A DNA stretch of 63,453 nt, counting the filler, from Choristocarpus tenellus KU-1152 (lineage: Eukaryota > Protista > Phaeophyceae): assembly GCA_964200185.2 (NCBI GenBank). It is 12 parts of 12 records of this genome, joined end to end, with 100 filler letters (N's around TTAATTAATTAA, not from the genome) between each part and the next. Parts side by side here need not be neighbours in the genome. Positions count along the whole stretch, not along the records: positions 12,881 to 15,828 come from CAXNAD020023443.1; positions 15,929 to 23,226 come from CAXNAD020006382.1; positions 23,327 to 27,868 come from CAXNAD020014079.1; 9 more parts are not named here. One strand, given 5' to 3'. Positions 13,189-25,949 of this stretch are shown piece by piece; within the stretch, counting starts at the first letter, position 1, and each line of letters begins with the position of its first letter. The notes under the pieces were generated by a model. That model worked only from the letters and a program-made list of their open reading frames with translations. It was not told the DNA's origin and did not search any database. Made by a program: the position numbers and the translations under genes.

Positions 13189-14335
13189 ATGACCCACAAG
13201 TAGGTGGTGATCCTCATTTGGTGGGCTTTAAGGGACAGAGGTTCGACGTCACCGGGCAAGATGAAGGCATTTACAACCTGGTGCATGATGGAGAGTGCAA
13301 CATCATCAACATGCGTGTGTCGGCTCTGCCTGGCATGCCTGCCATAACCTACATTACAGCGTTAGGCATGATACTTTGTGGGAACGATGGAAACAAACAC
13401 ACAGTGGAAATAATGGTGAAGGATCCCCACAATCTGGAAACATCTTGTCCTTCAGACTACGTTTGTTTGGCGGACGGGGCATTGACCGTGGTATTGGACA
13501 GCAAAGAGATTATGGGACCAGGCATGGTGCGTGAAACTTACGTTGTTCACAGTTCGATTTTTTGTACTTCGCACATGACACAACATACCTCAATTGTGTC
13601 AGAAGAAAATCTGCACTAATGTATATACCGTACACTCTTGGGAGAAATCAGGTGCTGATCTCTCCGTCATATTCTCTTTGAAAGTTAGTAATGTTTCCCC
13701 CCAAAAGTGGTTCTCAGCCCATCAATCTTGTTCTGTTTTTGTTGTACTGCTGTTATTTCTGTCAGTTTGATACTGGCAATGGTGTCGTGGTCACAGCTGC
13801 CAACATCCCTGGAGAGTGCCGCCCTTTCGGGTTTGAGAAATACTGGATGGCAAAGCAGGACAAAGATGAGAACAATGCGACCCATGGACGTAGGCTTGAA
13901 GAGGTTTTCTCTATATCAGAATGGCTCACGAGGGACATACTTAGGACTAACCCTAGAGAATGTGACCTTTACGTGAAAAGGGCTGCTGAATCAGACTCAC
14001 TGTTTGACCATCAGTCGGAGCACACCTCTTTCCAAATAGCATCTCCACACCTGTCACTCAGGGTCAATCACGGCAATATTCATCAAATTGCCGTGCGGGA
14101 CCCTACTGACACGTTTGACCTTCCGGATCATGTGGCTTATCAGATGAATTTGGCCTTCCGCAAGATACAACTAGGAGACGATCCTCGCGGCATTCTGGGT
14201 GAGACAGTTCACCCTGTGAGGAACAAGAGTGGTGCACCGATTATGGAGGGTCCAAAGGCCCTTCGTGCCGATGAGGAGTCTTATCGCGTGCACTGTCTTC
14301 TTTGTAGTGAGTTTGTGCAACTTCTTGACCCGTGA
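13189..14335 (+). CDS. 3' exons of a probably extracellular protein ending in a GDPH-initiated von Willebrand factor type D-like (root-cap-like) domain
   Basis: Exons 13189-13526 (aag acceptor, ATG|GTGCGT donor) and 13766-14335 (cag acceptor, TGA stop). They read DPQVGGDPHLVGFKGQRFDVTG...CLADGAL...AANIPGECRPFGFEKYW...PRGILGET...YRV. GDPH-x-x-x-F-x-G-x-x-FD is the vWD-like start motif. Upstream exons are off the contig. Confidence 0.8.
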
Positions 14336-14447
14336 AAATGTGATATTGATACTTACCAGGGTTACCCAATAGATATGGTGCATGCTCTATGTGACTACCC
14401 TTTACCTTGTAAGAATAGAAATGTCTGTTTTAAGCTTTTATTGCAAA

Positions 14448-14705
14448 GAGTGAAAGTATCTTAGAGGGTACAAGTTTTGCCTTGTTGTCTGTTTGGGGTT
14501 TGGCTTCTCATGGGTTTTTTTTTTAATGACATTTTTCCTAGTCAATTTTTTTCCGGAGTAGGAAAAATTTACGCACTATGAAAAGGTGTGACTGGAACAA
14601 GGATATTAACACTTCCTAACAAGTACGATTGTCAAAATTATATCGAAATCGAACATCGGATTTTGACCTTCAAATGGATGCAGCTCTACCCTCCAACATT
14701 GGCTC
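14448..14705 (+). mobile_element. MITE family A copy (~260 bp)
   Basis: GAGTGAAAGTATCTTAGAGGGTA...CTCTACCCTC..TTGGCTC; colinear with 30835-31099 and 57473-57716. Confidence 0.9.
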
Positions 14706-15828
14706 AAAATGTGGCTTATGATGTAACTTCTTCGGACTGCTTTCCTTCTTACCATCAGAAATGAAAGATAGTGCAGACAAGAACTATGTGTAAGTAGTAG
14801 GAGTTCGTCAACGTGCCCAAGCAGTTACTACTATGGGCATCTTCGAAACGCCTGCGTCTAAGTGGCATTTCACAGAAATGGACGGATCGATTCATAGGTA
14901 CACTATGGTTTGATGGAAGATGTTTGAGAATATGGTGCATGTTACATTGATTACTGAGTACTCTAATAGACGAATCGGTCTCACCAACGCCCTCCGTCCA
15001 TAAGAGTGTCGCTGAGAGGAGATGTTTCAGGTACTGTTACTACAATACGTAGTGGGAGGTAAACATTTTCAAAAGTGGAGGAGACAATTGGCCCGTCCAA
15101 ATCCATCTGTCTTGCCCACATTCAACAATTCGTGTGAGGAAGTTGAAGTGAAGAAAACATAAATAAAGGAGGAACAAGTTCAGCTCTTCTTTCCGATTGG
15201 ACGCTCAGAAATTTCCTCCTGTCTACCTCCCTGTTCCAGAAGCGGAACCTTTATGATTGCTCTAGTAGTATATAAAAGGAACAATATAATCACACTATCA
15301 CTAGCGATTCAAAGGAAAAAAACCCCAGTATGCCTGGGGAGTAGTGGGTGAGGCGGTATGTGAGGGAAAGAAATATACGCAATTTTGAAGTCTCCTTCAT
15401 ACTTCTCTCTACTCCCTGAACTAATAGCACTGAAGTGTCACAAACACTAAACCTGCACTGGTCCATGACGCATCAGCGTTGACCTTCAAATAGATACGCG
15501 TCGGCAACCCTCCTCACAGACCGGTTCAAGACTACGATGCTGACTGCATCTGATACTGCTGCTTATGCATCAGTCTTTGATCGAGAGCACTCTATTCCAG
15601 TATACAACAGAGCACTCAAGGAAATACTAAAACCTACTCATATCTTTTGTGTTGTTGATAGGATACAGTTCTACCAGTTCATACTGACTACTGATTTGCA
15701 GATCGGTATAGGTTGTTACGCCTATTGCATCATTGGCACCTCAACATAGCATAGAGTCAAAGTATCTTAGAGGGCAGTGTTAAAGTATCCCCAAAATCAT
15801 CAAAGAGGGTAAAGGTGATAAACCCGGC

Positions 15829-15928
15829 NNNNNNNNNNNNNNNNNNNNNNNNNNNNNNNNNNNNNNNNNNNNTTAATTAATTAANNNNNNNNNNNNNNNN
15901 NNNNNNNNNNNNNNNNNNNNNNNNNNNN
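15829..15928. other. Artificial contig linker
   Basis: 44N-TTAATTAATTAA-44N. Confidence 0.99.
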
Positions 15929-16073
15929 CTGTTTCCCCTTCCAATCCCCAACCCAATACCCCAACACTACCCCCCCCCTTGGGCCCCCTTTTTTTCGGCT
16001 TTTTTCTCTCCCCCCCCCCCCCCCCCCCCCCCCCCACCCCTGTTCCAATCCACCTCCATGCCCCTGTTGGCAG

Positions 16074-19000
16074 CACACCAAGTTCTGTGTGGGGGAGTAC
16101 ACAGACTGCCCTATCTTTGACGGCCTATTCCAGTTTTGCCAGGTGATGAAAATGTAGTTGTGTTTGGTACATACTTGAATATGTGTGTTAAAGTGTAGTT
16201 GTGTTTGGTACATGCTTGAATATGTGTGTTAAAATGTAGTTGTGTTTGGTACATACTTGAATATGTGTGTTAAAGTGTAGTTGTGTTTGGTACATACTTG
16301 AATATGTGTGTTAAAATGTAGTTGTCATTTCCCAGGACTTGTGTATGTATCTTAAGTATTGATTATTTCCTAAGACTGGAAAGGACTATGGTGTAGTGTA
16401 GAATGGTGTGGTGAAAGGAGGAAAGAGTGAACGTCCTCAGCAAAGAGGGGACTACCTTACCAGCAGTTGCTATCTCAGAACTCTTCCTTTATCTATTTCA
16501 TCCTATCTCAGATCTCTTCCTTTGTTTCTTCCATCCCATCTCAGAACTCTTCCTTTCTCTACTCCATCAACAGACTAGTTATATAATCTTTCACACGAGA
16601 GTTGAAAGCATATTCTTGATAATGTGAATATTGCAGCTACTTTAGGACTTGATTATCATTTGTGCCTGTCAAAGGACAAAGTCAAAGTCTATTTCTTGTG
16701 CACTTCGCTTGTCTTTGCTTTATGCTCGACCAATATGGGTTTTGTATAGAGTATGAAAATGCGTGTGTATGCATGTTCTCTTTGGTTGCTGTAGCTGTAG
16801 CAGATGAGGCTCTCTGGATGGTGGTATGTCTATATCATTATGGGTTTGAGAGTGAAGGGGGATACACTAGTTTTTGAGAACACAAAACAAGGCTGTCCCA
16901 CAGATACCTATGGTTTGACCATACCTTGACTCAAACCACTAAGATACCTTGACTCAAACCGTATCACGATATTGATACTTGATACTTGACTCTTGATACT
17001 TGATACTTCACTCTTGACTCTTGATATTGATACTTTCCAGAGTCCTGTTACATATGTTCTGACCCCTTTGTTACAAGTATCGACTTCATCCACTTTTTAA
17101 TTCCTGGTAGGTCCAAGTTTTGCTCACAACTTTTCATTCAAGTCTTTCCTCTTTATCATGATTATTTTTTTTGTTAGGGTTAGGGTTGGTATTTCAAAAG
17201 GAAGTTATTGTGGATTGTAACTGACGAGATTTCTTACGTATTGTACAAGAGGTGGTAATGAGGATATTACTTATACATTAGCCTTTTTTTATTTTGCAGT
17301 TTATGTACACTAAGGGTTAGGGTTAGTTCTACATACAACACACATGGGCTGTTACGCATGACCAGAGCTCAACATCAGTTACAAAACACACGGACGAGAT
17401 TTATTACAGGGGAAGACAGTATTGATGATGGTAAGGTATGATTGTAAGGTAAATATGATGGTAAGGTAGTGACATCCAATAGATAAAATCACACCTCATG
17501 GTCATGGCCCTCAGCCTATGAGTAGCAACCTGTGTATGTGGATATTATTTTTTGGTTGAGATATTCTCAGAATATTTGTTTGATTTCATTGATACAGTGA
17601 GTGTTGGGTGTTAGCATTTGAGAGAGAGGTGTTGCTGAGTCTAAGGAGCCTCAAGACTGCCTTGTGGGTTTATTATGTGTGTATGTATATATTATGTTAT
17701 ATGTACATATGATGTGTACATGTATATATTATGTTATATGTACATATTATGCGTTTCAAGCAATGTGGAGGGTGCTGTTGACTAACAAGTTATTCACAGG
17801 TAGTCTCCTTGTACAGTCATACTCTCCTAACAATACTATACAATACAATATAGTATAATATAATACAACATAAAGGAGTTAACTGTATTTCAGGCATGGA
17901 TATGATGCATATTGTACGAGGTCTAAAGGGCCTTTAGAATATTTCGTATCTGTAATAATATTATTAATACAATTGGCAATCAAACCCCCATACCTTGTTA
18001 GTGACTCAAAATGTATCCCTCTGATGTCAGTCATTGTCTTTCGAAGTTATTAGGGGAGGAGTACATTAGTCTTTAGTAAAGATAACCATAACCTGTCAGT
18101 GTGTATCGGAATAAAGACAATGTTTAAAGATTATCTTTAAATACAATATTTAAAGACAATGTTTAAAGACAATGTTTAAATTGTTTTGTGCTTGCTGAAC
18201 GTTATGTCTCCCTCCCTTCCCCCCTCCCTTCCCCCCTCCCTCAATTCTGATACTATATTGTTTTTATTGTTGTCAATGTTATTATTTGTTTTTATTGTTG
18301 TCAATGTTATTGGTCAGGCGTACACTGGTGCATCACTTGATGGTGCAGTCAAGCTGAACCACAATCTGGCTGACATTTGCATCAATTGGTCTGGAGGACT
18401 TCACCATGCCAAGAAGGTCTTTTTGTATGACATTTTTAATTTTATTTTATGTGCTAATTTTATTTTATGGTGCAAGAGAGTTTGCTCGCCCTGATAGTGT
18501 TGTACACAGATCATCAATTTTTATTATTATTATTAGTAGTAGTAGTAGTAGTAGTAGTAATATTATTATTGATATTGGATATTTTACTGTACCGTTGTTT
18601 TTGATTGGGTTGCAGTTTAGTTGGCGGTACCTGTGTAATACTATTATTACTAATATTTATATCGTTACTATTACTACCATTACTTGTTATACTGTTCATG
18701 GTGTATGTCATAGCGCCATACCGTTCTGTGAACTGACATTTTACAAGAAATTTCTGACATTTTACAAGAAATTTCTGACATTTTACAACTCAGCGGTGTA
18801 CAAGAAATTTCTCAATTACTTCATAATCACCAGGCTATGTGTTTTGATTTTTTTGTAACACTGTGATACACTATGATACACTGTGATACACTATAAGATC
18901 GAAATATTTTAGTAGTGCTTTTTTATTTTTGTATTGGGTGTCTCTTTGTTGCCCATAGTACTACTGTTGATATACCATGTAATATTATTATTAAATATAC

Positions 19001-22000
19001 ATATTAAATACTATTAAATACTAGTGTGTGCTTCTACACTATCGTAGTCTTGTTGTGATGGTTTTATTCCATTTGATATATATGGTACTGTAGGCAGCTG
19101 TAAAGCTAGGTTGTGTTTGTCTTATTGGAAGAGAAGTGGGTTTAGCGTTGATGTTTGCAGTGGTTGTGTTATTATTATTTTCATTATTTTTGTTAATATT
19201 ATTATTGCCATTTGCCAGAGACAGAGTGCATCCAAGTGTAGGTGAAAATCAAACACCGTCAACAGTATGAAAGAGTTGGGCCTCTTGTTTTGGTGCTGAC
19301 ATGATGACTCTGTTTCCAAGAGAATAGATTTTGAGAAGCAGAGGGTAGAGGTATATATAGTAGCACGTAGAGAGAGGTTTGATTTTGTAATCTACACAAC
19401 TGTTTTAACACTCTATTCCTGAGTGTACACATAAACAGAGACATAATTATGCAATTGTATGTGTGTATAGTGTGTGCTGTCACGCCCAACATCTAACCCT
19501 CTGTTTTTTGGTCTCAGGCGGAAGCATCTGGATTCTGTTATGTGAATGACATCGTACTGGCTATATTGGAACTGCTCAAGCACCATCCACGGGTGCTGTA
19601 TGTGGACATTGATATACACCATGGAGATGGGGTTGAGGTGCGACGACTCTTCTTTGATTTCTTTTTTTGCTCTAACAAAAAAAAAATGAGATGAGTGCTC
19701 TGCAATGTTGATCAGGAGACTAGCCGGATTCTAGACCTGATTTTCAATGGGTTAGGGTTAGGGTTAGGGTTAGTTGACTGTTGTCAAACCTCTTGGGCAA
19801 TGTGTGACTGTTTAACACAATTTTTTGGTTGTACATTATTCATCCCCTCTGCTGTGCATTGCTTTGAGTGCATATGACAGCGGTGGCTGTAACCCCTAAC
19901 CCTAACCCTACAAAATATGGTATCATTATTTTTTGGGGGGGAGTCTGAAAAATCTGTAATGAGGTTTGCTCTTTAAGTTTGGTGAAATTGTTAGTTGGTC
20001 TTCTACTGTACCCTGTTTACGTCACCCCTACTGTACCCTGTTTACTGTAAAGTTGTGAGAAACGCCTTCCCAATGTGGTGTAAAAATGTGTTGTAGACTG
20101 TTTGAACTGGTGCTGAAGAAAGGGAGTGCTTTTTTTAAAAATTTTATGTTGAGTGACTCGGTATGGTGGGGAAAGAGGTAACGGCATTTTGTTGCTAAAA
20201 AGTGTTCTTGATTTGAGGTGTGATTAAGGTTCAATGTGTTGATAGTACTAGTACTCTCACCATCATCCTAATGCTTTTTTTATTTTTATATTCATAACAA
20301 GGTAGATGATATATATATATATATATATTGTATTGTGGTGACAGCATAGTACTAATTTATTTTATTTTTTTTGTGTGAGCAGGAGGCGTTTTACTCTACT
20401 GACAGGGTAATGACTCTTTCCTTCCACAAGTATGGGGATTTCTTTCCTGGTACAGGCAGTATCACCGACGTGGGTCACAAAGTGAGTGTGTGAGAAGTCT
20501 CTTTTTTTATCATTGATTTTCTTTTTTTTTAATGGTTTTTAGTGAAGGGTTTGTAGGTATTTTTGTTTCTATTTTTAACTGTAAAGATTTTGTACAATAC
20601 TGTTTTTTAAATAACTCGTTTTTTTAACCTTTTTGTGAGAGGAGCATGTACCCTTTTTTGTCTTGTTTTGTGTTTTGGACACTAATCCCATAGAATGGGT
20701 CATTACATGTGTGCTACCACATCGATCTCTTCTTGTGGTAGTCACATTACATTTGGACTCGTGTGTATTGGGGGCTCTCTTATATGTTTCTCTTATATGT
20801 TTACCCTTCCTTGGTCAGTAGCCTGTGTAAAAGTCTCCTCCCAATTACACTTGAGGCTTAAAACGTACTTTTTATTATTATGAAGGACTAGGGTTAAGGT
20901 TGAATTTTTTTGGTTTCTGCATTTGTAGTTGCACAATTTGAATTTGAAGTGACATCACCACAAAAGCTACAACAGCCAAGTGTCTCTTTTGGCCCTCCCA
21001 TGTGTCTCTGACGTGTGAAGTTCTCAGGTTGTGTCTCTGACCCCATCTTTCCCACCCATTCTAACCCATTCCTCCCTGCATGTCTCCCCTTCTGAACTTG
21101 CTTTGTGCTGTGCTTTTTTTTTTTTTAATGTTCTATTCCATTTCTCGTTGCATGTCCACACATCCCCTCTGTGGGTTCATGATGTGGCATCCATTTTTTT
21201 TTTTTGTGTGTGTGTGTTTTTTTGGGGGGGGGCATTGCTTTTTTTCTGTGAAAAGACGGGCAAGTACTACTCTGTAAATTTTCCTTTGTCTCAGGGAGTG
21301 GATGATGAGTGCTTTGAGAGCGTGTTCAAGCCAGTGCTGAACAAGGTATGATGGTAATTTGATGCACCAATGTCTCTCTGAAGATTGAGGAGTGAAGGAA
21401 GGAGGGGTTGAGTTAGTCACTCTTGTGTCTTTTTTTGTTGGAAGGCTTTTTTATTTGAGTGTTGACCTCTGCCTTACCATGGATGATAAATGAAAACAAG
21501 CGCGATAAACAGGTATAGTGTGCCGTGCGTTGATGGTGGTGACAAAAAAGGGTACGGGTTTGGTGGGGGGGGGTTGTTACAGCAACTCCTCCTGAATAAG
21601 ACCACGGTTCTTGTACTGCTGGAGTGGAGGTGATAGGTGGGTGGAGTATCCAGCTCACTGATTGATCCTGGTAAAGGCGTTACTTTTGTGGTGATGTATC
21701 TGGACAACCATAGAGCCAGTGCAGAAGTAGTTAAAACCGTGTTGACAGTGACTGCTAGTGAATGAGGTGCATGCTCTGTATATTTTTATTTTTATTTATG
21801 ATTGTGAGGAGGATGTCCCCACCTCTACTCACCCCCCTTTTTTGTTTTTTATGTTTTTAACCCTAACCCTAGACTGTGGATCTGAACTTTCAAAAACGTA
21901 CAAAAAAAAGAAAATGTAAATATTTTTTCGAGGCGCTGATATTAATAATAAATAATAGTGCCCCGTTTTTCTTTTTTTAACAAGATTTTTAACTTTGAGA

Positions 22001-23189
22001 AATGGTGTTTCCTCCAGTGTTTAAAATATATATATATATATAAATGTTTTTATTAGCACTGGTTTGCACGCTAGGAGTATTAAGAAATGCTTTATTTGTC
22101 TGAAAGATTCTCTGTTTCTGAGCTCAAAAAATTCGTCCATGGGTGGAGGAAGTGTATGTATGATGCAAAATATATATATATATTTTTCTCGTGTGGTCAT
22201 GCAATAATAAACCTAACACTAACACTAATCCTAAACATTTCTTAAGAGCTTGCTTCCACTGTAGTGGTTTGTATACCTCTATTTTTCCCTTTAAATTTTG
22301 GGTACTTTGAGGGCATTTTATCGTACCTCTGTCTTTTATTGTCTAAATGCCCTGCCAAATGTTTGATGATTTCGGGGTCTGTATACCCTATGTTTTTGTT
22401 TGGATTTTTAAGGTTATGACACCCTCTGCATTCCCAACAGAGAATAGGCCGTTGTAGAATGCTTAATACTGTTGTATGCATGTAGGGTTAGTGGGTTAGG
22501 GTTAGGGTTAGGGTTATATTTTGTTTGCACCGATTTTTTTTTTCAATTAAATGTTTGAAATTTTATTTATTTTATTTTTGTACGAAACGGAGAGAAATAG
22601 GAGATGCTTCATGTTGTTACTACTGCCTGCTTGGTAAGAATAAGAAAGGCGATTGATTTGTTGCTAGCGAGGACATCCTTTCAATGTTAATTATGGGGGG
22701 GGTGAGGATCAGCTGGCATAGAGAGGAGGGATGTGTGTACGATACATGTCTTCTTTTATTTATTAAATTGTATTAAATTGGCTGGAAAGAGTGTGAAGTT
22801 GGTTTGGATTGGTGTTGGTCATACTTCATCCGGTGTTGTGTTAGGTAGGCTATAGATGCACAAGGTGGGTGTCAGATGTTTTCTGGATTTAGGGATTTCA
22901 GAATAGGTATAGGCTATGTTTTTATTTTGCTGAGATTGTGGTGATGTATCAAATGCAAGAATTGAATGTTCTTGAAACTTCCTTCTTTTTTTTTTACAAG
23001 GTTATGGAGGTGTACCGGCCCTCGGCAGTGGTTCTACAGTGCGGGGCAGACTCCCTAACTGGTGATCGCCTCGGCTGTTTCAACCTGACGCTCAAGGGTC
23101 ATGCGGCTTGTGTGAGGCATGTGAAGAGCTTCAATATTCCCACACTGGTGCTGGGGGGGGGGGGCTACACCATCCGAAATGTGGCACGG
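16074..23189 (+). CDS. Class I histone deacetylase (RPD3/HDAC1-3 family), six internal exons; both ends off the contig
   Basis: Exons 16074-16142, 18318-18416, 19518-19637, 20383-20481, 21256-21345, 23001-~23189, joined by phase-0 introns. They read [101 protein letters not shown]. Catalytic His-His, the Asp/His zinc ligands and Tyr are present. Confidence 0.97.
16150..16325 (+). repeat. 41-bp minisatellite, about 4.2 copies, immediately after an HDAC donor site
   Basis: GTAGTTGTGTTTGGTACATACTTGAATATGTGTGTTAAA(G/A)T starts at 16154, 16195, 16236, 16277 and 16318. No spacers. Confidence 0.95.
18731..18812 (+). repeat. 21-bp tandem repeat, about 3 copies
   Basis: CTGACATTTTACAAGAAATTT repeated. 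Confidence 0.85.
19749..19910. repeat. Inverted pair of interstitial telomere-like tracts, (TTAGGG)n ... (CCCTAA)n
   Basis: 19749-19773 GGGTTAGGGTTAGGGTTAGGGTTAG and 19890-19910 TAACCCCTAACCCTAACCCTA. Confidence 0.85.
22208..22516. repeat. Pair of telomere-like tracts, degenerate (CCCTAA)n ... (TTAGGG)n
   Basis: 22208-22234 TAAACCTAACACTAACACTAATCCTAA and 22483-22516 TAGGGTTAGTGGGTTAGGGTTAGGGTTAGGGTTA. Confidence 0.8.
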
Positions 23190-23226
23190 GGGGATAAGGG
23201 GTTTGGTAGAGATAATGGGTTTGAAA

Positions 23227-23326
23227 NNNNNNNNNNNNNNNNNNNNNNNNNNNNNNNNNNNNNNNNNNNNTTAATTAATTAANNNNNNNNNNNNNNNNNN
23301 NNNNNNNNNNNNNNNNNNNNNNNNNN
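23227..23326. other. Artificial contig linker
   Basis: 44N-TTAATTAATTAA-44N. Confidence 0.99.
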
Positions 23327-23362
<36 letters not shown>

Positions 23363-23559
23363 AGATACTTTGATCCATTTCACCCTTGCCACAAACTCAT
23401 TCCAAACATTCGTAACACACTGGAAAAAACTTTTGTAAGAGTATTATCTGTGTGTAGCCTTTTCACCGTCAGGTGGTGGTCAGCTGTGGAAGGAGGCAGG
23501 GTATGACCCAACTCTAGGAATATACCAAGCAGAGCAGAATGGACACAGGGGCGTCTCTG

Positions 23560-23990
23560 CACGTCACTGCAGGACAAACACGTCACTGCAGTACAAACAC
23601 GTCACTGCAGTACAAACACGTCACTGCAGTACAAACACGTCACTGCAGTACAAACACATCACTGCAGGACAAACACGTCACTGCAGGACAAACACGTCAC
23701 TGCAGGACAAACACATCACTGCAGGACAAACACATCACTGCAGGACAAACACGTCACTGCAGGACAAACACGTCACTGCAGTACAAACATGTCACTGCAG
23801 TACAAACACGTCACTGCAGGACAAACACGTCACTACAGGACAAACACGTCACTGCAGGACAAACACGTCACTACAGGACAAACACGTCACTGCAGTACAA
23901 ACATGTCACTGCAGTACATACACGTCACTGTAGTACAAACACGTCACTGCAGTACAAACACATCACTGCAGTACAAACACGTAACTGTCA
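23560..23990 (+). repeat. 19-bp minisatellite, about 22 copies
   Basis: Unit CACGTCACTGCAG(T/G)ACAAA, head to tail with no spacers. Confidence 0.97.
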
Positions 23991-25066
23991 CTTATAAACG
24001 GGACATCCGTAAATTCTAAGAAATAAAATTTATTCAAGAAACGAGCAAACTTGATCCTAAGAAAAAAAAAAAAAGAGGTAATCTTTTTTTTTTCAAGTCC
24101 CAAATTTCGCATTTATGTGTCAGAGCTTCAAAAAAAAAAGAGCTTTGGAAAGCTCAGCTGGTCTATTGGGTGAAAGGATGAAAATTTATTGATGATGAAA
24201 AGTATTGATGAAAAGTATTGATGGAAGGCAGCGGGTGAAGTGTGGGGTTTAAGGAGACATTACCACCACCATCACTGTTATTCATCACCACTGCTATCGC
24301 CGTTGTTAAAGGTACAGCACACGGCATGCAAGGGTCAGCCAATCAAATTCAAACATTGCAGCAGTAGAAGACTGATACACATGATGAAAAAAAGTCTGAT
24401 TTGATGTCTCTTAAGATGTACCTCTAGGGAACAAGAACCATAGAGGTTGCGGCTGGACCCTTGCCCCACATATTGAATTGAAGGGAAAGTAGGTATACCT
24501 CACAGACCAAGACACACAATTCTATATTTTTAATTTCATTGGTGATGGAGTCTGCAAACTCAAGTAGAGAAAAATAAAAAAAGGATTAAGTGGAGGGTGT
24601 ATTTTCAAGGGGAAAGCCATACATTTCTGAAAGCAAAGTGCAAGAGTATTGAGCAGTTAGGTTGCTCTCCAAGACTTCTCACTAGGGTGCTTCTAGTCCT
24701 CAAGACCTTGCCGGGTTGTAGGGAATAAAGGAGCACATTTCTAATATAAAGATGTCTTCATGTAGGCAACTTGGGACTCGATGAGGACACATTCTTGTCA
24801 AAGTATGACCCCTATGTTCTGCCAAAAACATGTAAAATGTTGTTGTGTGCAGGTTTGAGGTCGTTTGGATAACGGCAAAGTGAGAAAAACCCGCCCAACG
24901 CAGACCAGTGTGTCGTGTTCATAGAGCTGATCCTAAATCGAAGAGTAAAAGTCTCATTTGCTGAAATAGCATTTCAAGAAAACACTTTCACTTTAGACTC
25001 AAATGAAGCATCAAACATGCATGTGTATGTATGTGTGTTCATTCTTGGGTAAGTCCTCTCTCTTAC

Positions 25067-25949
25067 TCTTGTAGAAGGTGTTGATGGATAGGACACTTTG
25101 CTTGATGAAGTTGATCCATACACCAAAAGGCCCGGGCTTCTTCACCTCCTCCTCCACCACACTTCCTGTTGCCACTGCGGCATCTGACAGACCTGCACCC
25201 GTTTCACATATTTCGGAGCAGATGTTGGTGGGTCTGTCTTGGAAAGGATATTGTTAAGGGGAAAGATAAAAACCGTCAACTCTTTCCTCGCTTCAAGCTT
25301 CGCTTCCCAACAAATGAGGACCCACACATGAACCAATCTAAAACGGTGGTAAGCATTCTCGCTGCTTCGATCAGACATGCCTTCTTAAGAGGTGGCATGG
25401 GAGGGGAGGGTGATGCACAACCTCCAAAAATGTGCATCCAACCTGTCAAGTGATACTGCCCGTCCGCCCGAGAGATACACTCTTGCCTTATGTCCCAAAG
25501 GCTGTTGAAATGCTGTGGAGCTGAAAGTGATACAACATATTGTAGAAACGCATGAGTTCCCAGCACAGAGCAAACGACGTGGACCTTTCGAGGTCATAAA
25601 CCTTCAACAAGTGTGGGACAATCGACAAGTCATAGCACTTCAACATTGTAGACTATTGCAGAGATGTGTCTGCGCAGTGATGAAAATGCGGCAATATCCG
25701 GAAGAAAGACTCACCGTGCATCACGTGTGACACCCATGTGTGGTCCAAATCCAGTGGAGCAATAGCGTTAACATATTCTCCGACAGAGTGTAAGGTGACA
25801 GGGTCAACTGCCATCATCCGAGTCGCCGTAGTGGATGCTCGAGCACGGGGGGCACCTATCGAGCCACCATTAAGTCTCCCTCCCCCCAATTTAAAAGATG
25901 ACACGGAGCCCAAGGCACACCCCACCAAGAGCACCGCGGCTGCCTTCAT
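25067..25949 (-). CDS. ALB3: 5' exons of a plastid-targeted protein, probably the ALB3/YidC/Oxa1 thylakoid membrane insertase
   Basis: Exon 1, 25949-25715, reads MKAAAVLLVGCALGSVSSF (signal peptide plus Phe, ASAF-type) followed by an R/S/T-rich transit peptide. Exon 2, 25192-25067, joins in phase: GLSDAAVATGSVVEEEVKKPGPFGVWINFIKQSVLSINTFYK, resembling the L(A/S)DAA...G-W/F-x-x-FI N-terminus of ALB3. Transmembrane exons not found on the contig. Plastid targeting is firmer than the ALB3 identity. Confidence 0.6.

Noticed and set aside
16150-16325. 41-bp repeat as a CRISPR array
   Set aside because: No spacers; it is a simple intronic minisatellite.
23185-23226. Non-canonical GG donor or novel C-terminus after HDAC NVAR
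   Set aside because: Within 40 nt of a contig end next to G-runs; most likely a miscalled GT.
23560-23990. CRISPR-like array, or a 152-aa repeat protein (ORF 23539-23997)
   Set aside because: Units are head to tail with no unique spacers and there are no cas genes. The ORF exists only because the 19-mer lacks stops.
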